Shown here in pieces: positions 10,043 to 20,610 of a DNA stretch of 64,000 nt. This DNA is from an uncultured delta proteobacterium (GTDB lineage Bacteria; Myxococcota_A; Polyangia; Fen-1088). Location of the stretch: NCBI GenBank assembly GCA_963796685.1, contig CAWCMR010000011.1:128001-192000 (forward strand), written 5' to 3'. The notes below the pieces were generated by a model that searched no databases, was not told the origin of the DNA, and worked only from the letters and a program-made list of their open reading frames with translations. A program made the position numbers and the translations under genes. Numbering within the stretch: position 1 is the first letter of the stretch; every line of letters starts with the position of its first letter.

Positions 10043-11711
10043 ATGCTGACGCTGCTGCGAGTTTCCGGTTTCGCGCTCATCGACGAGGTCGAGCTGTCGC
10101 TCGGCCCCGGTCTGACCGTCATCACGGGCGAGACCGGCGCGGGCAAGAGCATCTTGGTCGAGGCCTTGGGGCTTTTGCGCGGCGGGCGGGCGCGGGCGGA
10201 TTCTGATTCGCACCGGCGCCGAGGAGGCGCGGGTCGAGGCAGTGTTCGACATGCCCGCCGATTCGCACATGGCGCGCGCCCTTGTCGACGACGGTCGCGA
10301 CGTGGGGGACGGACTGGTCGTCCGCCGCGCCATCGCGCGCACCGGGCGCGGGCGCATTCATCTTGGCGGGGGGCTCGGCACGGTGGCGGATCTCGCGGCC
10401 ACGGTGGGCCGGCTGTGCGACATCACCTCGCAGCACGATCAACAGCTGCTCATGGATCCGGACAGCCAGCTCGCCATCCTCGACGCGTTCGCGGGCAACG
10501 CGGCCACGCTGGCCGAGGCCAGGCAGGCCTTTGCGGCCCTGTCCGAGGCGCGTGCGGCGCTGGCGGTCTTCGACGCCGACGCGAAATCGCGCAGCGAGCG
10601 CGAGGATCTGCTGCGCTTCCAACTGGGCGAGCTGGCCGAGGCCGATCTGAAGGTCGGCGAAGACGAGGCCCTGCGCGCCGAGCGCGAGCGCTGCAAGGGC
10701 GCGGAGAGATTTCTCGCGGCGTGTACGCGGGGCGAGGACGTGCTCTATTCGGGCGAGGACGCGGCAGCCGGCCGCATCGTCGCGGTGGCGCGCGAGATCG
10801 CCGCCTTGTCCGCGCTCGACCCGTCGCTGGCCCCGGTCGTCGAAAATCTGCAGGCCGCGCAGGCCCAGGTCGAGGACGCCGCCTCGTCCCTGTCGCGCTA
10901 CGCGGGCAAGCTTCGCTTCGAGCCCGAGCGCCTGGGCGAGATCGAGGAGCGCCTGTTCCTCATCGGGCGCCTCGTGCGCAAGCACGGCGGCTCGGTCGAG
11001 GCGGCCATCCAGCGTCGTGAGGATATGGCGCGAGAGCTGTCCGAGCTGGGGTCGTTCGAGGAAGGCTTGGCCGTCCGGCGCGCGGCCGTCTCCGAAGCCG
11101 AACAGCGCATGGGGGAGCTGGCCGGGCAGCTCGGCGAGAAACGGCGCAAGGCCGCGCGGACCTTGGCCAAGCGGATCGACGAGACCCTGCGCGACCTGGG
11201 ACTGTCCGGCGCGCGCGTCCCCATCGCGGTCGAGGATCGCGAGAGCCTGGGCGGCAGCGGGCGTGACCGCGTGCGCTTTCTCTTCGCGCCCAATCCCGGC
11301 GAGGAACCCCGTCCGCTGGATCGCATCGCCTCGGGCGGCGAGCTATCGCGCGTGATGCTGGCCGTGACCCAGGCCCTGGCGCGCGAGGGACAGGCCACGA
11401 CCTATGTCTTCGACGAAGTCGATGCCGGGGTCGGCGGCGCCACGGCCGAGGTCATCGGGCGCAAGCTGCGCGCCATTGCCCAGCACAAACAAGTCCTGGT
11501 GGTCACCCACCTGGCGCAGATCGCGGCCCTGGCCGACCAGCATGTCAAGGTGACCAAGGAAGCGACCAAGACGCGAACCTCGGTTCGGGTCGCGCTGCTC
11601 TCGGAAAGCGAGCGCAAAGACGAGATCGCGCGGATGCTCGGCGGGGCCACCGTAACTGCGCAGGCCTCGGCCCACGCCGAGGAGATGTTGCGGCGGTCGA
11701 AGGGGATGTGA
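10043..11711 (+). CDS. recN: DNA repair protein RecN with a +1 frameshift at ~10202 (likely sequence error)
   Basis: Walker [10 protein letters not shown] in one frame; [18 protein letters not shown] and VTHLAQIA in the next. Removing one T in GATTCTG restores [14 protein letters not shown]. Confidence 0.9.
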
Positions 11712-11717
11712 AAGCAC

Positions 11718-11798
11718 AGGGGCCGCGCAGCGGCCCTATCGCCTCGCCCCGCGGGCACGCGGGGAGAGGCCGACGCGCGAAGCGCGGCCGGTGAGGGG
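11718..11798. repeat. 81-bp palindromic repeat, family B
   Basis: Reverse complement of 45346-45426 with 1 mismatch by manual alignment. Confidence 0.85.
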
Positions 11799-11869
11799 TT
11801 CGGGCATGCCTTGAAAGGACTGGACCCACGGGCTTGACGGATCGAGCGCCTTGCGATCATATTTTCAGG

Positions 11870-14194
11870 GTGCGTTGGGTCTCTCTCTGCGTCGGCGCCT
11901 GGTCTTTCGCGCTGGCAACCACGACTCCCTACGCCGCCGACGATGCTGCCGTCACGCCCGCCGTCACGCCCAAATACGAGACGGTCGTCGTCGCCACCAC
12001 GCCCGTGCTCGGCTCCTTGCTGGCCAGCGATCGGGTCGCTGCCAACGTCCAAACGGCCACCGCCGAAGCCATCGATGCGAATCGCGACGTCGACCTCGCC
12101 GAATTCATGAACGAATCCTTGGCCAGCGTCACGATCAATCAGGTGCAAGAAAGCCCGCTCGCCCCCGACCTGCAATACCGCGGCTTCAGCGCCTCGCCCG
12201 TCTTGGGCGCCTCGGAGGGGATGTCGGTGTTCTTGAACGGCGTTCGCCTCAACGAATCGTTCGGCGATGTCGTGAGCTGGGATCTCATTCCGCCCGGTGC
12301 CATCCGCTCGCTGAATTTGATGCCCGGGTCGAACCCGCTCTTCGGTCTCAACACCCTGGGCGGTGCCCTTTCGATGGAGACCAAGACCGGCTTCGACTCT
12401 CCAGGGGTCGAGGCCGTGCTGTCGGGTGGCTCTTGGGGCCGTCGGATTCTGTCGGTCGCGGCCGGCGGTCACGGCGAGCACTGGGGCATTTTCGGGGCAG
12501 GGCGCCTCTTCGACGAGGACGGCTGGCGGCAGCACTCGCCCTCGCGGGCGCTGAACGGCTTTCTTTCGGCCGCCTACCAAAAGGGCGGCTCGACGCTCGA
12601 CCTGTCGCTCGTCGGAGCCGGGACCGTGATAGACGGCCTCGGTCCCTCGCCGATTCAGCTCCTGGCGCAGGAGCGCAGCGCCGTGTTCACCTATCCCGAT
12701 GAAGACCGCAACCGGATGCTGATGGCGATCCTGCGCGGAGACCGGCCCCTGTCGTCGACCGCCCACCTTTCGGCCACGGGGTACTACCGTGTCAGCCGCA
12801 CGCTGACCCGCAATGGCGATCAAGGCGCGTGGAATCCGTGCACCTCCGCCGGCCAGACCGGCTTCGTCTGCGCCGAGGGCGGCACGGCGGTCGTCCTCGA
12901 TCCTTCCGGTGCGCCCGTGCCCTTCGACGCCGGCAATCCTTACGACGGGTCGGACCACACCACCAATACCCACCAGATCGGCTTCGGCGGGAGCGCGCAG
13001 GGCAGCTTCGAAGCGACGGTGGCCGGTCGCGAGAACCATCTGTTCATCGGCGGGAGCGCGGACGAGGGGCTGATTCGTTTCAGCTCCCGGACGCTGCTTG
13101 CCCGCCTGAGCGACGCGCGCGAAGTGGTCGATACCGACCTCGTCGATCCCACGTCCCCGGTCGCGGTGGACGGCACGGTGAGGAACCTGGGAATCTATGC
13201 CAGCGACACCTTCGCGCTCTTGCCGGCGCTGTTCCTGACCGTATCGGCGCGGTTCGACCATTCGACCCTGTCGCTGCGCGATCGACTGGGCGGCGCTCTG
13301 GGGGGCGACCACGGCTACAGTCGTCTCAACCCCGCCGCCGGTGTCTCCTACCAGCCACGCCCGCAAATCGGCGTCTACGGCAGCTACAGCGAATCGGCGC
13401 GCTCGCCCACGCCGATGGAGCTGACCTGTTCGAGCCCGACCTCTCCCTGCCGCCTGCCCGACGAATTCGTCTCGGATCCGCCGCTGGCCCAGGTGGTGGC
13501 GCGCACCCTCGAGGCAGGCGTGCGCGGACACCTCGAAGGTGGGAGGCTCTTCGTCGACTACGCCGTTTCGGCCTTCCGCACCGCGAGCAGCGACGACATC
13601 CTGTTTGTCAGCGCGGGACCGCTCACCAGCGAGGGTTACTTCGCCAACGTCGGCGATACCCTCCGGCAAGGGGTGGAGGCGCATCTCCGTGGCGGCCTTC
13701 GCCTGGGGGCCCGAACCGGACGCTTGAATTGGTCGGCGAGCTACACCTACCTCGACGCGACCTTTCAGACGCCGTTCCTCGCGCCGAGCCCCCACCATCC
13801 GCTTGCCGTCGACGGACAGATCGACGTCGCGGCCGGCGCGCGCTTGCCGTCGACCCCGGCCCACGTCGGCAAGGCCACGCTCGCCTGGATCGCGCCCTTC
13901 GGGCTAGCTCTCGGCGCCACCGTCCTCGGCAACAGCGGCCAATCCTATCGCGGAGACGAGGCGAGCCTGCTGCCCCAGATCCCGGGGTACCTGCTCGTCA
14001 ACCTGCTCGCCGACTACGCCTTCACCCGCTGGACTTCGGTCTTCGTCCGCGTGGACAACGTCCTTGGCGCCTCCTACGCCAGCTTCGGGGTCCTGGGTGA
14101 TGCCACGCCGGTGTTCCCGACCTTCACCGATCCACGGTTCCAAAGCCCAGGCGCCCCGCGCGCGGTCTGGGTCGGCATCGATGTGCACGACTGA
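11870..14194 (+). CDS. TonB-dependent outer-membrane receptor
   Basis: Signal peptide, TonB-box-like ETVVV, plug motif GVRLNESFGDVVSWDLIP...PGSNPLFGLNTLGGAL, barrel ending PGAPRAVWVGI. Confidence 0.9.
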   Translation: MRWVSLCVGAWSFALATTTPYAADDAAVTPAVTPKYETVVVATTPVLGSLLASDRVAANVQTATAEAIDANRDVDLAEFMNESLASVTINQVQESPLAPDLQYRGFSASPVLGASEGMSVFLNGVRLNESFGDVVSWDLIPPGAIRSLNLMPGSNPLFGLNTLGGALSMETKTGFDSPGVEAVLSGGSWGRRILSVAAGGHGEHWGIFGAGRLFDEDGWRQHSPSRALNGFLSAAYQKGGSTLDLSLVGAGTVIDGLGPSPIQLLAQERSAVFTYPDEDRNRMLMAILRGDRPLSSTAHLSATGYYRVSRTLTRNGDQGAWNPCTSAGQTGFVCAEGGTAVVLDPSGAPVPFDAGNPYDGSDHTTNTHQIGFGGSAQGSFEATVAGRENHLFIGGSADEGLIRFSSRTLLARLSDAREVVDTDLVDPTSPVAVDGTVRNLGIYASDTFALLPALFLTVSARFDHSTLSLRDRLGGALGGDHGYSRLNPAAGVSYQPRPQIGVYGSYSESARSPTPMELTCSSPTSPCRLPDEFVSDPPLAQVVARTLEAGVRGHLEGGRLFVDYAVSAFRTASSDDILFVSAGPLTSEGYFANVGDTLRQGVEAHLRGGLRLGARTGRLNWSASYTYLDATFQTPFLAPSPHHPLAVDGQIDVAAGARLPSTPAHVGKATLAWIAPFGLALGATVLGNSGQSYRGDEASLLPQIPGYLLVNLLADYAFTRWTSVFVRVDNVLGASYASFGVLGDATPVFPTFTDPRFQSPGAPRAVWVGIDVHD

Positions 14195-14328
14195 CAGGGT
14201 AGGCTTTCGATCCTCATAGAAGGCGATAGTAGCTCAAGACGACCGGCTGGCGATGGTGGGCCTGCAGGCACGCAAGTTCGATGAACCCTGGCCTGCACGG
14301 GGCCATCCAAACAAGTGGAGGTCTTGCC

Positions 14329-15210
14329 ATGCACATCTTTTGCTGCGTCTTGTCCGCAGTGCTTGGCGTCTATCCCGACACCTATGTGCCGGACAGGCCA
14401 GTGGAATTTGCCCCAGCCGCCTCGCGGCTGCCGGCAAGCGCCGCCATTCCAGAGGAAGTACCGACCAGTCGCGCCAAGCTACCGCCGCGACCCGAGGCGC
14501 ACCCTCGGCGCGACTGGATGCTGTCTCTCGAGGGCGTCACGCATGCGCCCATCGACATGGGCGTCCAGGCCAGTCTCGAGACGCCCATTCGTGTGCGCCT
14601 TTCGTTCGGTTACGGTTGGGTCCCCTCGACTTACAGCGGTCTTCTGACTGGCATTGCCGCGTCCGCGAGCGGCGACGCGCAGGTGGGTGCGATCTTGAAT
14701 CACACGAGTTATCAAGGCCGCACCTTCCGCGGGCAGGTTGGCGTGCGGCCATTTCGTTCCCTTGGCCTGTATGCCGATTTCGGCTACGCCAGGTTGAGCA
14801 TCGACGGATCGCTGGACCTTGCCGCAAGCGGCGTTCCTTTTTTGCAAGCCCTTGGGGGCGGCTACCAAGCTCACACCACGGTGGACATGTGGCTGGTCGA
14901 GATCGGTTCGCAACGTGAGCTCTGGGACAGCGTCGTCATGGGGTTGGCGTTTGGCGTGATGGGGACGTTTGACGCAAGCACCAACATTACGTCCCAAAGC
15001 GGCGCGCCGACCAGCCCAGCCCTGGGGCAAGCCGCGAAGCAGACAGATGCCGCCCTGAAGGCCTATGGTTTCGTCCCCACGATTACCCTTCGCCTGGGCT
15101 TTGATTTCTTTTCGCTGACTCCCGGGTTTCTTGCCCAAAGTCGCCCCACCGGATGGTGGCAGACCCCCGCGGGTTCGGCGGGGCCGGCGAGTCCGGCGAG
15201 TCTGGATTGA
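14329..15210 (+). CDS. Hypothetical outer-membrane beta-strand protein
   Basis: Amphipathic beta strands and a PTITLRLGFDF-like C-terminal strand. GGAGG RBS. Confidence 0.55.
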   Translation: MHIFCCVLSAVLGVYPDTYVPDRPVEFAPAASRLPASAAIPEEVPTSRAKLPPRPEAHPRRDWMLSLEGVTHAPIDMGVQASLETPIRVRLSFGYGWVPSTYSGLLTGIAASASGDAQVGAILNHTSYQGRTFRGQVGVRPFRSLGLYADFGYARLSIDGSLDLAASGVPFLQALGGGYQAHTTVDMWLVEIGSQRELWDSVVMGLAFGVMGTFDASTNITSQSGAPTSPALGQAAKQTDAALKAYGFVPTITLRLGFDFFSLTPGFLAQSRPTGWWQTPAGSAGPASPASLD

Positions 15211-15259
15211 CGGGCAGCGGTCGATTCGGCATACCTGCGTCGCGCCGATCCATCGGCAG

Positions 15260-16159
15260 TCAGATGTGATTACGCGCCAGCGGCTCCGTGATCAGCGGAC
15301 CGGCCAGTAAGTCCTCTGGAACAGGTCGCAGGTCCCACACCAGGCCGAGCAGCTCGAGACCGCGCAGGACGTAGTAGGTCAGGTCGAATTCCCACCAGTA
15401 GAACCCCTGCCGGGCCGAGCTCGGAAAGTGGTGGTGGTTGTTGTGCCAACCCTCACCCGTGGTGAGAATGGCCAACAGCCAACTGTTGCGGGACTCGTCT
15501 GATGTGACGTAGCGCTGCCGTCCGACAAGGTGGGCGAAGGAATTGATGGCAAACGAACCGTGCCAAAGAAAGATGGACGAGACCCCAAAGCCCCAGAGAA
15601 GACCGTGAATTCCCCCAAGGAAGAGGCAGAGAAGCGCGACGGCGATGATGGGGATCGCTTGAATGCCTTCTCGGTCGAGAAAGCGAAGCTCGGGATACTT
15701 GTAAAGATCGGGAATGAGCGTGGGATCGGTCGTGTTCCATCTCTTGCTGAAGAGCCATCCCATGTGCGCAAAGGCAAAACCGCGGAGCTTGGCGGAGTGC
15801 GCATCCTGCTCGGTGTCGGAGTACTTGTGGTGCCAGCGGTGGTGGCTCGCCCACCACAGCACGCCCTTCTCGGCGCCACTTTCGGCTCCCAGCGCAAGCA
15901 GGAACTGGAACACGCGCGAGGTGCTGAAGGAGCGATGGGCGAAATAGCGATGATACCCGGCCGTGACCATGATCATGCGTATGTAGTAAACGCAGACCGC
16001 CAATAGCAATCCCCTCCAGGACCAACCCGTGAGTATCACGCCAATCAACGTGGCCAGATGAACAACCAACAGGGCATGGGGGCAGTATTTGAGCTTTTCC
16101 TGCCAAGTTTCGGGCCTGGCCGAGGGAACAACCGGGGGATGGAGAACAACCTTATCCAT
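15260..16159 (-). CDS. Acyl-CoA (delta-9) fatty acid desaturase
   Basis: His boxes HRYFAH, HRWHH and GEGWHNNHH. Confidence 0.95.
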   Translation of the reverse strand: MDKVVLHPPVVPSARPETWQEKLKYCPHALLVVHLATLIGVILTGWSWRGLLLAVCVYYIRMIMVTAGYHRYFAHRSFSTSRVFQFLLALGAESGAEKGVLWWASHHRWHHKYSDTEQDAHSAKLRGFAFAHMGWLFSKRWNTTDPTLIPDLYKYPELRFLDREGIQAIPIIAVALLCLFLGGIHGLLWGFGVSSIFLWHGSFAINSFAHLVGRQRYVTSDESRNSWLLAILTTGEGWHNNHHHFPSSARQGFYWWEFDLTYYVLRGLELLGLVWDLRPVPEDLLAGPLITEPLARNHI

Positions 16160-16411
16160 TGATCAAGTCTGGGGCACCGGCGTGCAGAACCCGCCCATCG
16201 TTGTGTCACGATCCCTCCATGATTTGACGTTGACTCGACACCGCCGCCGGCCAAGGCGCGGGGCCTTGCGAGCCGCTGGGCCACTGTGGCGAAGGGCGCG
16301 TTGGCGGTCCGGTCGGTGGACCGCTGGAAGACGGCCGGGCAAATGCGCGGCATTGGTGCCAAGCTTTCGTTCATGAAGCAAGGCGAGCTTCTGCGGGTGA
16401 GCGCTCCGTCC

Positions 16412-16882
16412 ATGTCGATCCGTTTTGCGCGGTTCGAGGACGTGTCGGGGATTCTTCGGCTGATCGAGCGCGCTCTCGAGCACGGTTGCCGCGACGACTA
16501 CGACGAGCGCCAGCGACGCTCGGTCTACGTCGGATACGCGTCGACGATGTTCATCGAAGCGCTGGGCCCGTTCGAGACCCTGGTGGCGGAAATCGGCGGG
16601 CGTTTGGTCGGTGCGACGCAGATCGATCCAAGGACCGGCGTGTTGCGCGCGCTCTTCGTGGACGCCGGATTTCAGGGGCAAGGCGTGGGGCGTGCGCTGC
16701 TCACGGCCATCGAATCGCGTGCCCGCGCCGCCCACTGTCAGCGTCTTTGGGGCGCGATGTCCCTGAACGCGGTCGGGTTCTACCGACGAGCCGGATTCTG
16801 CGCGCAGGGTGGACCTGAGGGACTCCGTGGCACCCCCACCAGGGTGCCGGTGTTATGGATGGAGAAGCTTCTTGGCAAGTAG
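16412..16882 (+). CDS. GNAT-family N-acetyltransferase
   Basis: LFVDAGFQGQGVGRALL and NAVGFYRRAGF motifs. Confidence 0.85.
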   Translation: MSIRFARFEDVSGILRLIERALEHGCRDDYDERQRRSVYVGYASTMFIEALGPFETLVAEIGGRLVGATQIDPRTGVLRALFVDAGFQGQGVGRALLTAIESRARAAHCQRLWGAMSLNAVGFYRRAGFCAQGGPEGLRGTPTRVPVLWMEKLLGK

Positions 16883-16906
16883 AGAGACAGAAACGGGGGA
16901 GAGAGG

Positions 16907-17503
16907 ATGAGAAGTATCATTGCAATCACCCAAGTCACGCTGGACGGTGTCATGCAGTCGCCTGGTGGCCCCGAGGAGGATCCGAGGAACGGGTTCACCC
17001 ACGGAGGCTGGGCCATGCCCTTCTTGGACGACGCCGGGAGCCAGGCCATTGGCGAGACCATCGCCGGTAAGTTCGACATGCTTTTGGGGCGCCGGACCTA
17101 CGAGATCTTCGCCGCCTACTGGCCAAAGCACGGCGACCATCCGATCGGGATGGCGTTCAACATGGCGACGAAATACGTCGTCACGCGCAGCCTCGACCAA
17201 CTCGACTGGGAGCACTCGCGGCCCATAGGTGGTGACGTCGTGGACGAGGTCCGCCGGCTGAAGGCGTCGGATGGGCCGGCGTTGCACGTTTGGGGCAGCG
17301 GCGAATTGCTGCAGACGCTGATCGCCGCCGAGCTCGTCGACGAATATCGCATCTGGGTCTTTCCGTTGGTGCTCGGCGAAGGAAAGCGGCTGTTCGGAGA
17401 TGGCGTCCCGCCGCGCCGACTCTCTCTGGTCGCATCGCAAAGCACGCCAAAGGGCGTTCTCCTCAACAGCTACCGACCCGCCGGGTCTTCTCGAAAGGCG
17501 TGA
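16907..17503 (+). CDS. Dihydrofolate reductase/RibD C-terminal-like protein
   Basis: VTLDGVMQSPGG, LLGRRTYE, WGSGEL and LVDEY...P.VLGEGKRLF motifs. Confidence 0.9.
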   Translation: MRSIIAITQVTLDGVMQSPGGPEEDPRNGFTHGGWAMPFLDDAGSQAIGETIAGKFDMLLGRRTYEIFAAYWPKHGDHPIGMAFNMATKYVVTRSLDQLDWEHSRPIGGDVVDEVRRLKASDGPALHVWGSGELLQTLIAAELVDEYRIWVFPLVLGEGKRLFGDGVPPRRLSLVASQSTPKGVLLNSYRPAGSSRKA

Positions 17504-17655
17504 CTCGGCGTTTGGCCGTGCACGCCCGCCGGGTCTCGAGGTGGTGTATCCTGACCGGCGGCGAGCCGCGATGCTGTCCAAGATCCTACACGAGTTGCAG
17601 TCCGAGAGCGCGAAGTGGGAGCGATGCAAGGGATTCTTCAGTTAGGAGTGCATCC

Positions 17656-17895
17656 ATGGCTTCGCTCTTTTCCAGTCGCCGCCTGCCCGGAACGCGCTTC
17701 GTGGAATTCGACTCGCGCAGGTGCCAGGCCTGCTGGTCCTGTGTCGACGCCTGTCCGAAGCACGTGATCGGAAAGGTGTCGGTGCTCTGGCACAAGCATG
17801 CTGCGCTTCGCAAAGGCGAGGACTGCGCCGGGTGTTTCAAATGCGTGGCGGTCTGCCGGTCAGGTGCCTTGCAACAACGGATCGTGGCACGATGA
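17656..17895 (+). CDS. 2x[4Fe-4S] ferredoxin
   Basis: CQACWSCVDACP and CAGCFKCVAVC motifs. AGGAG RBS. Confidence 0.8.
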   Translation: MASLFSSRRLPGTRFVEFDSRRCQACWSCVDACPKHVIGKVSVLWHKHAALRKGEDCAGCFKCVAVCRSGALQQRIVAR

Positions 17896-18123
17896 GGTCG
17901 GCCGCGGCCTGGGCCGCCGCCGTAGGCTTCGACCACCACCTCGTCGAGCGAGCCTTCGTGGAGATCCACGACAAGATCGTGATCGCGATATCCGTCCTGC
18001 TTGCGCTCCACGTTTGGCAGAGGCGTTCCCGGCTACTGCCGCGCCCGCGCTCAATGGGAGGAGGACGGACCTAGGCTGCGAAAGCCGTCACGGCGATCGG
18101 CAGGTCAGCGCAGCGGGCTTCCG

Positions 18124-18600
18124 TCAGCCGCGCCGGGCCTTTTCGATGGCGGCAATGTCGATCTTCTTCATCGGCATCATGGCCTCGAAAGCACGCTTGG
18201 CCTCGTCGCCGCCGGCCGAGAGCGCGTCGGTCAGGGCGCGCGGCGTGATCTGCCAGGAAAGGCCAAAGCGATCCTTACACCAACCGCACGCGCTCTCCTG
18301 GCCACCATGGCCGACGAGGGCATTCCAGTAGCGATCCGTCTCCTCCTGCGTGTCCGTCGCGATCTGGAACGAGAAGGCCTCGCTGTGCTTGAACACCGGG
18401 CCGCCGTTGAGGCCGAGACAGGGAATGCCGAGCACGGTGAACTCCACCGTGAGCTCATCGCCCTTCTTGCCCCCCGGATAGTCGCTCGGCGCCTTGTGAA
18501 CGGCGGTCACCTTGCTGTCCGGGAACGTGGCGGCGTAAAAGCGCGCCGCCTCGTGTGCGTCCTTGTCGAACCAGAGACAAATCGTGTTCTTCGGTTTCAT
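18124..18600 (-). CDS. VOC-family (3-demethylubiquinone-9 3-methyltransferase/PhnB-like) protein
   Basis: ICLWFD...AARFY, LNGGP and CGWCKDRFGLSWQI motifs. Confidence 0.9.
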   Translation of the reverse strand: MKPKNTICLWFDKDAHEAARFYAATFPDSKVTAVHKAPSDYPGGKKGDELTVEFTVLGIPCLGLNGGPVFKHSEAFSFQIATDTQEETDRYWNALVGHGGQESACGWCKDRFGLSWQITPRALTDALSAGGDEAKRAFEAMMPMKKIDIAAIEKARRG

Positions 18601-18748
18601 GTTCGTGTCTCCTCTTGCGCGTCGGAACACTCTTGTGTGTTTGAAGTCTGTAAACCGCCTGAGGAAAAGCCAGGGCGAAATCGAATATCGGATCGGCTGT
18701 ACACGATGGTAAGCCGTCGTCTCTTCTCTTCGCCACGTGGGCCCAAGC

Positions 18749-19012
18749 TCATAGGACGCAGATGGAACCGGCGATGCACTGCCAGCGCCAGGCACCCTGG
18801 TCGTCCTTCTCGCAGGTGCAGGCGAGGTTGCGATGGCCTTCGGCCTCGCAGGGCCAGCGGCAGGTCGCGTGCTTCTTCTTGCACGGCGATCCATCGGTGG
18901 CGGGGGCGCGGGGGCAGCCCGGGGCGGACCTGGCGCGCGACCAGGCGATCGCGGAAGACATCGCCACGGCGAGCACGATGATCAGGCCGAGAGCTGGCAC
19001 GGGTTTGCGCAT
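18749..19012 (-). CDS. Small secreted cysteine-rich protein
   Basis: Signal peptide followed by ~60 aa with 8 Cys (CP...C...C...C...CTC...C...C). Confidence 0.55.
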   Translation of the reverse strand: MRKPVPALGLIIVLAVAMSSAIAWSRARSAPGCPRAPATDGSPCKKKHATCRWPCEAEGHRNLACTCEKDDQGAWRWQCIAGSICVL

Positions 19013-19280
19013 GGATGGGATTGTAGATCAGGTGCGCCACGACGGTGGGTTGTTTGGGGCTCGCGCCCCGAGCCGGGCTACTTGGGCGTCAGGCGGGCAG
19101 ACGATCACAAGGGTATCCATGGCCGTGCGACCCCCGCAGGAGGCAAGCAGGCAGAGCGCGAAAGCGAGCAGCAACCGGAGAATCACGTTCTTGTGATGAA
19201 GTATCGTAGCATCTTCGCATACACAGATTGGCGTGCAACTTTGCGCGTGATCGCCACGCATCGCCGATGCGCCGGCGCCC

Positions 19281-19922
19281 TTGGCCACCTACCGCGTGGG
19301 CAAGCTGGCGCGTCGGATGCCGTGGATGCGCGTCGCCATGCCGTCGGGTTTCTTCGAGCGTGGCCTGCGCCGGCTCGCCGACTTCTCCGCCAAACAGGAC
19401 GGCAAGGGAGGCGCGGATGACATTCCCGCAAAGCTCATCAGCTCCGTCCCGCGAGATGCGGTCCCCGGCGCGACCATGACCAGCAGTACCCAGGACGGTA
19501 AGCTCACCATCAACGTCAAAGCAGCGCTCGGTGCCAAGACGCAGATCTTCAGCACATCGCTGTTCTTCGACAAGTGTGTGGATGCCAGCGGCTACGCTGG
19601 GATCGAGCTCTCCATCAGCGGCTCGCTTTCCGGTTGCTCGTTGACGTATGCCTCGGTGGATCCCGAGCACCAGTTCTATCGTGCCGGTGGGCCGTACCCG
19701 CCGCAAACGCGGATCTCTCGAGATGATGTGAAGTCACAGCCCAAGAAGATCGTCGCGCCCTTCCGGGGCTCCGACATCGTGGGAAGCCCACCCACGCCGA
19801 CCGATCCGAGCAAGCTCGCCTTCATCCAGTGGCTGGTCATCGCGCCGGTCGCGGCCGACGATGGTAGCGCCCCACCTTGCGCCGGGAGTATCGTCATCGA
19901 CGACGTCAAGCTGTACCGCTAA
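19281..19922 (+). CDS. CBM11-like carbohydrate-binding domain protein (5' end uncertain)
   Basis: CVDASGYAGIEL...IQW...IVIDDVKLY pattern. Confidence 0.55.
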   Translation: MATYRVGKLARRMPWMRVAMPSGFFERGLRRLADFSAKQDGKGGADDIPAKLISSVPRDAVPGATMTSSTQDGKLTINVKAALGAKTQIFSTSLFFDKCVDASGYAGIELSISGSLSGCSLTYASVDPEHQFYRAGGPYPPQTRISRDDVKSQPKKIVAPFRGSDIVGSPPTPTDPSKLAFIQWLVIAPVAADDGSAPPCAGSIVIDDVKLYR

Positions 19923-20556
19923 CTTTCCAGGATGCCGAGGTTATCAGTATGCGGTTATCGCCCTGGCTGAGCTCTTGGCAACCGGGGAAGGCAGATGCAA
20001 CAACCTCCTTCACCTTCTCCCAATTCTGCTTGTCGAGCTCGATGTAGTTGAAAGCCAGTCGGCCGCCAGGTGAGAGGCTTTCCCGGCACCGCATCAGGAA
20101 GGGCGGAGTAGTCACAAAGCCAGGCACTTCCCTGCCCTTGAATACGTCAACAAAGACCACGTCGTACTTGCGCTCATTTTGCGCCATGAACGACTCGGCG
20201 TCACGACACACATGCTCCAGCTTCGGCGAGTCGCCCTCGCCGAGGATCTCTCGCGCCCACCCGAGCTCCGTTTTGTCCTTTTCCACCAGCGTGTAGCATG
20301 GGTCGTATCCTCGCGCACGCATGACCTGCACGATGCTGCCCAGGCCCGCCCCGAGTACGAGCACGCTCTTTGCCGCCGGCAAGAACTCTCGCAGGTGCCT
20401 TTCTACTGCCACGGCCGGGAAGTAGCGGTCGCCATCGGAGTACAAGGCGCCATCGGTCAGGAGCTGGAACCGATTGCGGTACAGGAGCAACTCGAGGTAA
20501 CCGCTGATATTGCTTGCCGACCGTCTTAGCGGTACGGGTTGGAGGTAACTCAGCAC
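19906..20556 (-). CDS. Spermidine-synthase-like SAM methyltransferase
   Basis: VLVLGAGLGS, VEKD, DAESF, YDVVFVDVF and LSPGGRLAFN motifs. Confidence 0.8.
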   Translation of the reverse strand: MLSYLQPVPLRRSASNISGYLELLLYRNRFQLLTDGALYSDGDRYFPAVAVERHLREFLPAAKSVLVLGAGLGSIVQVMRARGYDPCYTLVEKDKTELGWAREILGEGDSPKLEHVCRDAESFMAQNERKYDVVFVDVFKGREVPGFVTTPPFLMRCRESLSPGGRLAFNYIELDKQNWEKVKEVVASAFPGCQELSQGDNRILITSASWKVSGTA

Positions 20557-20610
20557 TCTTTGATAAAAGGGGATGTGAATGACTAGCCTCCGGCCGAAGG
20601 GATCGGTGCC

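Noticed and set aside
10190-10215. Programmed frameshift in recN
   Set aside because: No slippery heptamer. A single extra T and similar indels elsewhere point to sequence error.
11402-13864. 820-aa minus-strand ORF and similar long shadow ORFs (e.g. 21612-23165, 55490-56956, 60844-62148)
   Set aside because: Antisense or alternate-frame shadows of well-supported genes, expected in high-GC DNA, with no motifs.
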